From a virus (Duplodnaviria; Caudoviricetes): a stretch of DNA of 32,326 nt. The notes below the pieces were generated by a model. The model was given only the letters and a program-made list of their open reading frames with translations, searched no databases and was not told the DNA's origin. The stretch covers positions 1 through 32,326 of the IMG/VR virus record IMGVR_UViG_3300020413_000042; one strand, 5' to 3'. Of this stretch, positions 16,945 through 25,495 are shown piece by piece. Numbering within the stretch: position 1 is the stretch's first letter; every line of letters starts with the position of its first letter. The translations under genes and the position numbers were made by a program.

Positions 16945-17514
16945 TTAGGCAGTTACAGTAATTGTACCAGCTGCAGTTCCGATTGAAGCTGCACTAGTAA
17001 TTGTTGCATTACCACCTTCTGCACTATCAACAATAGTTCCACTGTTAAGTGCTAGTGGGTTTGCACCGAAACTTAATACATCATCTGCAGCTGTTGCTGC
17101 ATTTGCAGCTCCGATTGCAAGACTAAATGTAAGTTTGTTGGTTGATGAACCACTTGCATATGCAAGTAAATGTGGCCCTCTTCCAGAACCAGAACCTTGG
17201 TTACCATTAGTTACTGATAATGTAGGTGTTCCACCAGAAGTATCAACTGTTACTTTCTCATTGAAAAGCACTGTTGCTGATAAAGTACCACCATCTGATT
17301 TATCAAATGCTGTTGATACCCAATCAATACTTGTTATATCTGCTTGACCGATAGAAGTTGCAAGTTCTCCAATTGCACAGAGAACCTCTTCTTGGTGATT
17401 GTCAGACTTCTTGAATACCCAACCTTTTGCAGTTGCAAAAGTTAGTTTTTTTTCTGCAGCTGTCAACCACTTAGGTTTTGACTCGTCTGCATCTGAATTA
17501 CCCCATAAAGACAT
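16945..17514 (-). CDS. putative virion decoration/structural protein (MSLWG family, Ig-like C-terminus)
   Basis: MSLWG..KPKWL start; FNEKVTV..PTL..YASGS..L.F beta-sandwich; late promoter and GAGGAG SD. Confidence 0.7.
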   Translation of the reverse strand: MSLWGNSDADESKPKWLTAAEKKLTFATAKGWVFKKSDNHQEEVLCAIGELATSIGQADITSIDWVSTAFDKSDGGTLSATVLFNEKVTVDTSGGTPTLSVTNGNQGSGSGRGPHLLAYASGSSTNKLTFSLAIGAANAATAADDVLSFGANPLALNSGTIVDSAEGGNATITSAASIGTAAGTITVTA

Positions 17515-17570
17515 AATTATCTCCTCGTTTGTTAGTTCTCTGATAGAAAACTTTTTTGTTTATACTCTTG

Positions 17571-17578
17571 TATTTATA
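17571..17578 (-). promoter_or_regulatory. T4-type late promoter TATAAATA
   Basis: Exact consensus in the intergenic gap upstream of 17514. Confidence 0.8.
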
Positions 17579-17590
17579 ACTTTTGATATC

Positions 17591-18811
17591 TCAGTTACCC
17601 CAATATGCTTTGAAATCTGATTCTTTCTCTACTTCATTTACAAAGTCCATATTGATTTCATCTTCAAAAACCACTACAACACCATTAGCACTGAAATTAT
17701 GTGGGTTTACAATGTATTTATCTTCAATAATTTCTATGTTTGTAGGATGTGGAATACCATATTTTTCATGTAAATGTACTGGATATTCTTTACCATTTTG
17801 TAAAACTAACTTAGGAAAATTCTTACCGACAAAACAATCACCTATCTTCTGAGGGTTGTTTCTAAATGCATCTAAGTATTCGTTACCACCTAAAGGTAAT
17901 GGAAAAGTATTTTGTACATATGGTCTACAATTATTTTCTAAAAAATATAATTCACCATCTTCCCCTAACATCTGAGTAATACTACCTTCATATGTACCAC
18001 CCAGTTTACCAGCTTGATTAAGATATTCTACAACATTATCTCTTACTTGTTTATCTATTTCTGGTGTAAGTTGTTCTATAATTGTATCAGTAAACCATGC
18101 AGTAGGGCCTTCACCATTAATTTGTTTTGATTTTGACTCATCACAATGTTCTGAAAATGTAAATGACCATTTTCCTTCTGACATAATGTAAGATATGTTT
18201 GTTTCATATCCTTTAATATGCTCCTCACAAAAATATTTCATTGCCAATGGAATACCTAATAGGACTCCGATTGACGAATGTTCAAGTATTTTTTTATCTT
18301 GAATAACTGTTGAAGAATTCCAAAACTCAGATGGTTTTAAAATAAACTGATTAGGTAATGGTTCTGTATTTAACTCTCTGTGGTCTTTGCCTGTTTGTAG
18401 AGTTTTAGGTACTTTCATACCACACTTTTCTGCAAACATTTTTCCAAATTGTTTTTCTGTTTCTAATTTTATTGATGTTTCATTTGCAGATATGATATCA
18501 ATTCCAAAATCTTTTTTATGTATAATACTATTAAAAGTAGGCCAAGTGTTTATGATTAAATCAATTTTATATTTTTCTATTACTTGTTCTAATTTATCTA
18601 AATGTGTTAGTGGTAAGTTATTATTGAGTTCAGTATAATTGTCTGGATTTGTAAAAACACGATATTCAATTTCTGATATTGAATTTATGTTAAGTGTTTT
18701 TAAATAGTTTGGACTTCCTGTTTGAGTAGTATATACTGTGTGACCCTCTTCAACTAATTTTACTTGCCATTGAAGATTATGATATTCCATTTCTGTAAAT
18801 AATATATTCAT
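17591..18811 (-). CDS. ATP-grasp fold enzyme (distantly PurD-like)
   Basis: LExxKxFGKxFxxxxGxxVP, FILKP, EEHIKGxE and LYFLENNxR motifs. Confidence 0.75.
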   Translation of the reverse strand: MNILFTEMEYHNLQWQVKLVEEGHTVYTTQTGSPNYLKTLNINSISEIEYRVFTNPDNYTELNNNLPLTHLDKLEQVIEKYKIDLIINTWPTFNSIIHKKDFGIDIISANETSIKLETEKQFGKMFAEKCGMKVPKTLQTGKDHRELNTEPLPNQFILKPSEFWNSSTVIQDKKILEHSSIGVLLGIPLAMKYFCEEHIKGYETNISYIMSEGKWSFTFSEHCDESKSKQINGEGPTAWFTDTIIEQLTPEIDKQVRDNVVEYLNQAGKLGGTYEGSITQMLGEDGELYFLENNCRPYVQNTFPLPLGGNEYLDAFRNNPQKIGDCFVGKNFPKLVLQNGKEYPVHLHEKYGIPHPTNIEIIEDKYIVNPHNFSANGVVVVFEDEINMDFVNEVEKESDFKAYWGN

Positions 18812-18829
18812 AATATAGATATGTAGGTG

Positions 18830-19816
18830 TTATGTCATACTTCTTTTTATTGCACCAAGAGCTTTCATAAAAGATTGTTTGTTTTTTCCTAATAATTTAA
18901 TTAATTGGACTCTCATTTGTGGTTTTACTTTATCCAATGCCATGTTAATTATTTTTGCATTCTTTTGAGTTACCTTAATTGTTTTACCATCATCCAGTCT
19001 AATGTCACTTCCAGTTCTTAAATCTTCTGCACCTTTAAGTTGCACTTGAAGATTTGCATCTGGGTCGTTTGCACGAGGCCCTAACTTTTTAACCCTATCT
19101 CTTTGTTGAATAAAATCTTTTATACTTTGTTGAACATCTTTATCTGGTAAAAAATCAGTAAATTTAGTTGCATCAATAGATTGTGCAAACTTTTTACTTG
19201 GAGTTGATGAGCCTCTTGCAAAATTTACAATTTTATTCATTGCATCTTTGTAATCTCTTGCTTTATTTGCAATGTCTCTTATCTTATTATTTGCAGCTGG
19301 ACTTGATGCACCGAAATCATGAAATGCACGAGCTTCATATGCAAGAACTTCTCCATAGGTTTTATGATAGTCTTTAGTATACTTAGACTTTGGCATAGGT
19401 TTCTTTCTTGCTTCTTTATCGCCTGGTGCATCTTTAGTTGAACCTTTACCATCATTTTTTTTGAAGTGTGTATCTCTTTTAGATTTAGTAGATTTTTTAA
19501 GACCTCTAAAATACTTTGCTGGTTGAGTTCCTTTCTTATCTGCAATATCTTTATCTTGAGGTTCTCTTTCCTCATCTCTAAGACGAGGTTCAGTCCTGTT
19601 ATACTTTTGTGTAACAATTGAGAGATTTGATTTATCGTTGTTCATCGGATTGTTATCTTTATGATGCACATCTTTACCAACAATACCTTTGGTATCTTTT
19701 AGTTGTCTTCGTGCTTGGTTTCTACCAGCTCTTCTTTTTTTCTGTTCTGGTTTAGAATGGTAGTTTTCGTATTCTTTTTTGTAGTTTCTCTCAAGGAAAG
19801 TCTTTAAACTCTTCAT
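18830..19816 (-). CDS. CTS-bearing modular protein with N-terminal HNH-like domain
   Basis: MKSLKTFLE start; RNYKKEY..RAxRNxARR..GKDVHHKDxNPxNN..NL..NR; then a GTQPAKY..APGD module. Confidence 0.75.
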   Translation of the reverse strand: MKSLKTFLERNYKKEYENYHSKPEQKKRRAGRNQARRQLKDTKGIVGKDVHHKDNNPMNNDKSNLSIVTQKYNRTEPRLRDEEREPQDKDIADKKGTQPAKYFRGLKKSTKSKRDTHFKKNDGKGSTKDAPGDKEARKKPMPKSKYTKDYHKTYGEVLAYEARAFHDFGASSPAANNKIRDIANKARDYKDAMNKIVNFARGSSTPSKKFAQSIDATKFTDFLPDKDVQQSIKDFIQQRDRVKKLGPRANDPDANLQVQLKGAEDLRTGSDIRLDDGKTIKVTQKNAKIINMALDKVKPQMRVQLIKLLGKNKQSFMKALGAIKRSMT

Positions 19817-19825
19817 GACAACTCC

Positions 19826-22753
19826 CTACAATGCTGAATAGATATCGTTGTGATTTCTGTATTTCTTTTTAGACTGTTTCATGAGGTCATCGAATATTGC
19901 CATTCGAGTATCAATTAACCCTTTAGGCATATGACCTAATGCTTTATGTGTTTGCATTATACCCTTTAAAGCATCAAGTGATTTTCTGTCACCCATAACT
20001 TTTGCAAGATGCATTAATGAACCATTGTGGTCATTTCTGTCTGTCATTTGAGCAATCTTTTTTACATCTGCATCTTTCATTTCCTGTGCTTCAACAATTT
20101 CTTCTATTCCTTCTTTAATTTCAGAAATATCTTTGTTCCAGTCTACTATCTCACCTGTACCTTCTTTATAGAAGATTGCTTTCTTGGATACTGGGTCTAA
20201 TCCCATGTATTTACCTTTAAGAGAAGGCATCTTAACACCAATACCTTTTAACATCATAACCATCTTATGCAGTCTTTCCCAGTTTGCTGGAACATGTTTT
20301 TGTTTCCAAACTTGACCCATTAACTTATCGATACCTTTTTCTGGGTCATTTTCATCAAATGGTAGTTTGGTCATTTTTGCCATCATCTTACCATATGTTT
20401 TTAGTTTGACCATATTTGCACCAGAAAGTTGTTCGATTACTACATGATGTCCTCTAAATTCTTTTGATTCGTTTGCATGTTGTAATGCAAGTTTAACTGC
20501 TGGATTTTTAGATAATCCTCTTTTAAGTTTTTCTATCTCTTTGATTGCATAGTTTGTTGCACCACTTAAATCAAGTGCAAGTTCGATTGCTTTCTTAACT
20601 GTTTTATCTCTTGCAGCTGCTTTTTGTTTTGGATTTTCTCTGTAATATCTGTTTATTTCTTGACCTGTAAGTTTAGATTTACCCATTTTAGATAGTGGGT
20701 CTACTTTACCATCTTTGACTCTTTCATCTATTTTTTTACCATCTTTATCATACTTACCAGACTTTTTCTTTGCAATTGCAATTGCAGCTTGTTGAGCTCG
20801 ATTGACTCCTTTACCTTCACTTATAGGATGGTCTCTTAATAGTCTAGGTGCTTTCTTTTTAAGTATTGCTTTATAGAGTTTTTTGTATTGAGGTGTTTGT
20901 CTCTCTGGATATTTCTTTCTTGTTTTAGGATTTTCTGCATCTGGATGACCACTAGGAATAGCATAAGAAATACCTGTAGGGCCTCTACCTTTTTCAAATG
21001 TGCCGTCATACTTGACCTTAAGGTTAAACTTTGGTTTTACTGCTTCTGATACTGCCTTTTCTAAATCACCTGCTTGTTTTGCATGTTTTTTACTTGCTTT
21101 TTTCAACATAGTGACAATCTTTTTCACTACTGGTTTGTCGTCATTGTCAAGTTCTTCTGGTAAAGGTTTTACACCTTGTTGTTTGAACATCTTCATCAAG
21201 GCATTGTTAGTTGGTATTTGCATTTTACCTTTTTCTTTACCTAATGCAATTACAGTTTTCATAAATCCTTGTGGATTTTGTTTCTGCATTGCTTGAATGA
21301 CTTTAACACCAGTCATACTTAACAACTTTGCAACACCATATCCAGCATCTTTATTACCTTTTAGATTGAATAGTTTGTCAATCATTTCACCAGCAGATGC
21401 TTCTACTAGTTCAAAGTTTTCTTTTTGCATTAACATTTTAGTGTTAAGAGTTCCAATCATTTTAAGGATTGTGTCTCTTGCATCTAAAACTTGTTTGTAA
21501 GATTTGTTATGAACTGTATTCTTGAGTTCTTTGTCACCCATGTTTGCAATCTTCTGATAAGATTTTAAGACACTCTGCATGTCTTTAGAAACCTTTTTCA
21601 TTGCATCGACTTCTTGTCTTTTAACTTCATCGAGTTGAGTTTCTTCTACAATGTCACCTTGTATTCCATAATTTTGCATTGATGCATATGTGTCTGCAAC
21701 TGACTTAAGTATATTTGCATCATACTTAGGTGATTGATTTTCTTTGATACTATCTAATCCCTTTGCTTTTCTACCTAGTTTAATTCTTTTTCCGATTTTC
21801 TTTTTTGCACTTCTGATTTTGTTTGCAATTGTTCCCAATATACCAGATAACCTACCTTCTTGGATAGTTTCACCTTGATAATCATATGACTCAAATTGAG
21901 GTTCTGCTCCAACTAAGTGGTCAATTGCAAGATATAATTCATCTCTAGTCATTGTATCACCAGCACCAAGGTCTTTTGGAAGTTTTTCAAATGCTTTTGA
22001 CATAATGTTCCAAAGATGTCCAGAAAGTGCATATAATTTTTCTGGTTCTTTTTTAAAATCAATTTTACTCTTTGCAAGTGCTTGTTTGTATTCTTTTTGC
22101 AAGAGTAGATTCATTTTTAAATTTGATTGTTTAGCTAGGTTTACACCTTTACCATAATCTGTTAAAAATGAAAAGTAGTAGTCACCATCTCTAACTGGAT
22201 AACTAAGGACTAAAGAAGATTTAAACTTATCATTAGGAAAATACATTGGTTCATCTTTTTCATTATCCATTATCCATTGTTTTTCTTTGGCATTAATACC
22301 AACTCTGTCTGCATATGTTTTGAGTGGCATTTCTTTTGAGTATGCTTCGTCTAACATACTGTCATCTGGATGTATGATATGTGCAAGGTCTTGGTCGTGA
22401 TTTAACTTACCACTTTTCTTTTTAGATATAAATGCATTTACGCGTGCATAACCCCATTGTTGTGCAGTAGTTCCTGGCCTATGACCTGTTTTCCATGCAG
22501 CCATTCCACGATTATAAACTTTTCTTAATGTTCCTACTGAAATACCAGACTTCTTAGCTTTGTCTGCTAATGCACCTTCATCTAAGTCTTTATTTTCATC
22601 TAGGTAGTCTATCCACTCATCAATTTCTTCATCACGAACATCTTCGATGAGAGAGTCTATTAACTCCTCATTTAAAACTTCTTCGTCTACTTTTTCGTGC
22701 ATAGACCTGTATGCATCTGCAATAGATGAAGTTACTTTCATATATTTTGACAT
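19826..22753 (-). CDS. 975-aa basic modular protein, putative internal head polyprotein with DUF5824-like module
   Basis: KAxKSG..LxKVYxRGMAAWxTGHRPG..QWxxARVN module; more than 10 (I/L/V)xE linkers. Confidence 0.75.
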   Translation of the reverse strand: MSKYMKVTSSIADAYRSMHEKVDEEVLNEELIDSLIEDVRDEEIDEWIDYLDENKDLDEGALADKAKKSGISVGTLRKVYNRGMAAWKTGHRPGTTAQQWGYARVNAFISKKKSGKLNHDQDLAHIIHPDDSMLDEAYSKEMPLKTYADRVGINAKEKQWIMDNEKDEPMYFPNDKFKSSLVLSYPVRDGDYYFSFLTDYGKGVNLAKQSNLKMNLLLQKEYKQALAKSKIDFKKEPEKLYALSGHLWNIMSKAFEKLPKDLGAGDTMTRDELYLAIDHLVGAEPQFESYDYQGETIQEGRLSGILGTIANKIRSAKKKIGKRIKLGRKAKGLDSIKENQSPKYDANILKSVADTYASMQNYGIQGDIVEETQLDEVKRQEVDAMKKVSKDMQSVLKSYQKIANMGDKELKNTVHNKSYKQVLDARDTILKMIGTLNTKMLMQKENFELVEASAGEMIDKLFNLKGNKDAGYGVAKLLSMTGVKVIQAMQKQNPQGFMKTVIALGKEKGKMQIPTNNALMKMFKQQGVKPLPEELDNDDKPVVKKIVTMLKKASKKHAKQAGDLEKAVSEAVKPKFNLKVKYDGTFEKGRGPTGISYAIPSGHPDAENPKTRKKYPERQTPQYKKLYKAILKKKAPRLLRDHPISEGKGVNRAQQAAIAIAKKKSGKYDKDGKKIDERVKDGKVDPLSKMGKSKLTGQEINRYYRENPKQKAAARDKTVKKAIELALDLSGATNYAIKEIEKLKRGLSKNPAVKLALQHANESKEFRGHHVVIEQLSGANMVKLKTYGKMMAKMTKLPFDENDPEKGIDKLMGQVWKQKHVPANWERLHKMVMMLKGIGVKMPSLKGKYMGLDPVSKKAIFYKEGTGEIVDWNKDISEIKEGIEEIVEAQEMKDADVKKIAQMTDRNDHNGSLMHLAKVMGDRKSLDALKGIMQTHKALGHMPKGLIDTRMAIFDDLMKQSKKKYRNHNDIYSAL

Positions 22754-23386
22754 TTATTTTCCAGATTTTTTATTAGTGTATATCAATGATTTTTCTTTGA
22801 CATATCCGAGTCTTCGAAGTGTTTCTTTAAATGATTTACTTCTTGCATCGTATTTTCCTTCGGATGCATCTTCTTTTTTGTCAATTGCTTTTGAAATTGC
22901 TTTTCTTTTCTTATGTAAGAACTTATCAGATGAATCAACATCTCCATCGTTATCGATGTCTTTGTCTTTTCTATCTTTAAACTTTTTCTTAACTGCTTTA
23001 GGTTGTACTTTGTCTAACCCATCACCATCGTCTGACTTGTTATTAGTATTGTCTTCTTTTACTGGTGATTCTTTAATTTTTACTGGATATTCTTTACCAG
23101 CAAACATAAAAGTTTTTTTACCATCTTTTTTTGCTTGTCTTGCAGCTGCAACGAATTCCCTCTTGGAATCATTTACTGCTTTTTTAAGTTCTTGTAGTTC
23201 TTTTGTGAACGATTCTGCAACTTCTGGTTTGTCCTGTGAAGGATAACCCATAAGTTCTGCTTGTTGTTCAAAACGAGATTTAGGTGTTTGTCCAGAGTTA
23301 AGGACTTCTGAGACCGCATCAGCAACAGATTTAGTTACTTTATCAGTCCCACTGTTGAATTTTAATCTATCTTTTATATCTGACAT
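22754..23386 (-). CDS. putative internal head/core protein with DxDxDG motif
   Basis: Late promoter and GGAG SD; DIDNDGDVDSSD, KKDGKKTFxFxGKEY. Confidence 0.7.
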   Translation of the reverse strand: MSDIKDRLKFNSGTDKVTKSVADAVSEVLNSGQTPKSRFEQQAELMGYPSQDKPEVAESFTKELQELKKAVNDSKREFVAAARQAKKDGKKTFMFAGKEYPVKIKESPVKEDNTNNKSDDGDGLDKVQPKAVKKKFKDRKDKDIDNDGDVDSSDKFLHKKRKAISKAIDKKEDASEGKYDARSKSFKETLRRLGYVKEKSLIYTNKKSGK

Positions 23387-23414
23387 TGTGGTCTCCTATT
23401 AATGTTTCCTCTAG

Positions 23415-23422
23415 TATTTATA
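23415..23422 (-). promoter_or_regulatory. T4-type late promoter TATAAATA
   Basis: Exact consensus upstream of 23386. Confidence 0.8.
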
Positions 23423-23426
23423 TATA

Positions 23427-24848
23427 TCACTTCTTAGACTGTGAATCTCTAAACTTTTTAAGTCTTTGTACTTCAGCTTTTTTAACTTTAGGAAAAAGTT
23501 TTTTACTTAATTTTTGAATTGCACCTTTCTTTTTATCTAATTTTTTACCGATTGCAATTCTGGCACCCATTGCAAGTTGACTTGCAGCCTTTCCACCAGA
23601 CATTTTTTTAAAAAGAATGGTTCTTGCAGTCTTCATTGCCTTCTGTTTTAATTGGTCATTAGTCTTCATTCTCTTCTTCTTACGAGCTTTAGACCTTGCA
23701 ATCTTCTGTGCAAGTCGTCTCATTCTCATACCAATTGCTCTTCTTTGAGACATATTAAGTACTTCTAACTGTAATTGTCTTGTTAATTCACTAGTAAATT
23801 TACCTTCTGCAACTTTATGTTGTTTCTTTGCCATATTCATTGCTGTTCCATGCATTACTTCCGATGCTTTGTCTCCATACTCTTTTTCAAAATAATCTTT
23901 CTTTTTCTTTAAATCTTTGTAAATTTTTTCTTTTGTAGCCATAACTGCATCGGATACTTCATTTGTATCAGTTGGATTTGTACTTCTATTTTTAAGTCTC
24001 GTTAATCTTCGTCTGTCTGCATCCATTTCTCTGTCATGTTTAACTTTTAATTGTTCTTTTTCTCTATCTTGTTTGTCTCTTAAACTATCTGTTCTTGTAT
24101 CTTCTGAAAATAATCTTTTATCCATATCTGCTGGATGTTCATATGCAGCTGCAAGTGCAACATTTTTCATAGGTTTCATGGTCAATGCAGATTTCCATGC
24201 AGTTGCCATTTTGTTAGTTGGGAATGATTTAACGAAAGCTTGTAGTCTAGGAAAAATTTTAGTTGTATTTTTATCTAAGTCTTTGGTATCTCCATCGTTA
24301 TCTATAATAAAAAATTTACTTCTACCAAATGTATTTTGTAGTTTACCCATATTTGCACGAACAACTTTGTGATTGTCTTGCACAATTTTGTCTGGTATAC
24401 TTCGTTCTCTTTGTCTGTTTCTATCTAATGCAGTTTCTAAAGAAGTATTTACGAAGACCATTGCAGTTTCGTAACCGAGTTGTTCTAGTAATTTTTTTTG
24501 TACAATTATTTTTTTAATATCTCTTGCAGTAGAATCAATAACCATACCTAAACGACCTTTGACATACATGTCTTGTCGTCTTCCAGTCATTGCTTTTGCA
24601 TGGATTCTTATTGCATCTCTTTGTTCTTCTTCATCTTCTGGCATTTTAAGTGAAAGACCTGCTTTCTTAAGACCCATTTCAAATGATGAATCTGAGTTTA
24701 CTGGTCGTAACCCCATAGTTAAAAATCCTAATTTTTTAGCTGCAAGTGATTTACCACTACCTGGCCCACCTGCCATAAAGACAGCTTTAAATACGCCAGG
24801 GTCGTTAATTCCTTCGTTAAGTGAGTCGTATGTATTTTCCAATATCAT
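23427..24848 (-). CDS. P-loop kinase (AAA_33/zeta-toxin/Pnk-like) fused to basic C-terminal modules
   Basis: GGPGSGKS Walker A, VNSD, VIDST and ALxRNxxRxR lid; Lys/Arg-rich C-terminus. Confidence 0.82.
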   Translation of the reverse strand: MILENTYDSLNEGINDPGVFKAVFMAGGPGSGKSLAAKKLGFLTMGLRPVNSDSSFEMGLKKAGLSLKMPEDEEEQRDAIRIHAKAMTGRRQDMYVKGRLGMVIDSTARDIKKIIVQKKLLEQLGYETAMVFVNTSLETALDRNRQRERSIPDKIVQDNHKVVRANMGKLQNTFGRSKFFIIDNDGDTKDLDKNTTKIFPRLQAFVKSFPTNKMATAWKSALTMKPMKNVALAAAYEHPADMDKRLFSEDTRTDSLRDKQDREKEQLKVKHDREMDADRRRLTRLKNRSTNPTDTNEVSDAVMATKEKIYKDLKKKKDYFEKEYGDKASEVMHGTAMNMAKKQHKVAEGKFTSELTRQLQLEVLNMSQRRAIGMRMRRLAQKIARSKARKKKRMKTNDQLKQKAMKTARTILFKKMSGGKAASQLAMGARIAIGKKLDKKKGAIQKLSKKLFPKVKKAEVQRLKKFRDSQSKK

Positions 24849-25482
24849 CTGTTATATACTCTGGTATATGATGGAATTCTTCTCGAATTGCCATTCCTTT
24901 TCTTACTGCTTTATACAGTTGTTTTCCTTGTCTAAAGGTTCTTGGTAATGATTTAACAAATGTTTTCTCATCACCATCGAAAGCCATTGCTCTCATCTTA
25001 GATGCAGACATACCAGATATGTCATCTGCATCTGGGTCTCTTTCTCCAGCAGATACTACTTGAATACCACTAAAGTTGTAGAAACCATGTCTTCCTTTTA
25101 CATTGTTATACTTTGTAAGTAAAGACTCAAACTCTCTTATTCTATCTGAACCAGCAACCATTTTAATACTTCTGTATCCTTGATTGTATAAGTCAACCAC
25201 TACATCAAATACTGTTCTAGAATTAGATGTAGATACTGTAACTTTTGCTGGTTTAAACAAGAGTTTCATGAACTTTGTTTTGGTTCTATAATCCAATGGA
25301 TTTTTCTTTGGGTCTTGACTATGACTCGTATAGATAAATCCATCATCTGAACCAGCAACTTGTTTTACTTTCATTGCAAGTTTTAAATGTCCAGCAGTTG
25401 GTGGGTTAAACCTTCCAAATGCAAAGACAGCAGTTTTATCAACCTTCATTGATAGTTCTACAATGTCTTTAAAACTTTTCAT
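24817..25482 (-). CDS. HIGH-superfamily nucleotidyltransferase (phage cytidyltransferase-like)
   Basis: FGRFNPPTAGH, KNPL, GSDR, SAGERDPD and MSASKMR motifs; CTS-like MKSFKDIVE. Confidence 0.88.
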   Translation of the reverse strand: MKSFKDIVELSMKVDKTAVFAFGRFNPPTAGHLKLAMKVKQVAGSDDGFIYTSHSQDPKKNPLDYRTKTKFMKLLFKPAKVTVSTSNSRTVFDVVVDLYNQGYRSIKMVAGSDRIREFESLLTKYNNVKGRHGFYNFSGIQVVSAGERDPDADDISGMSASKMRAMAFDGDEKTFVKSLPRTFRQGKQLYKAVRKGMAIREEFHHIPEYITDDIGKYIRLT

Positions 25483-25487
25483 GTAAG

Positions 25488-25495
25488 TATTTATG
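25488..25495 (-). promoter_or_regulatory. late promoter CATAAATA, 5 nt before ATG
   Basis: One mismatch to consensus; no SD. Confidence 0.65.

Noticed and set aside
17591-18811. Calling the ATP-grasp protein purD
   Set aside because: It lacks the GxGGREH N-terminal and NTGGMG motifs; only the fold is supported
19279-19617. 112-aa alternative-frame ORF inside the 328-aa gene
   Set aside because: Nested off-frame; the conserved motifs lie in the main frame
19560-19816. HNH domain as a mobile homing endonuclease
   Set aside because: It is a short HNH module fused to head-protein-type modules behind a CTS-like tag, with no intron context or typical DNA-binding domains
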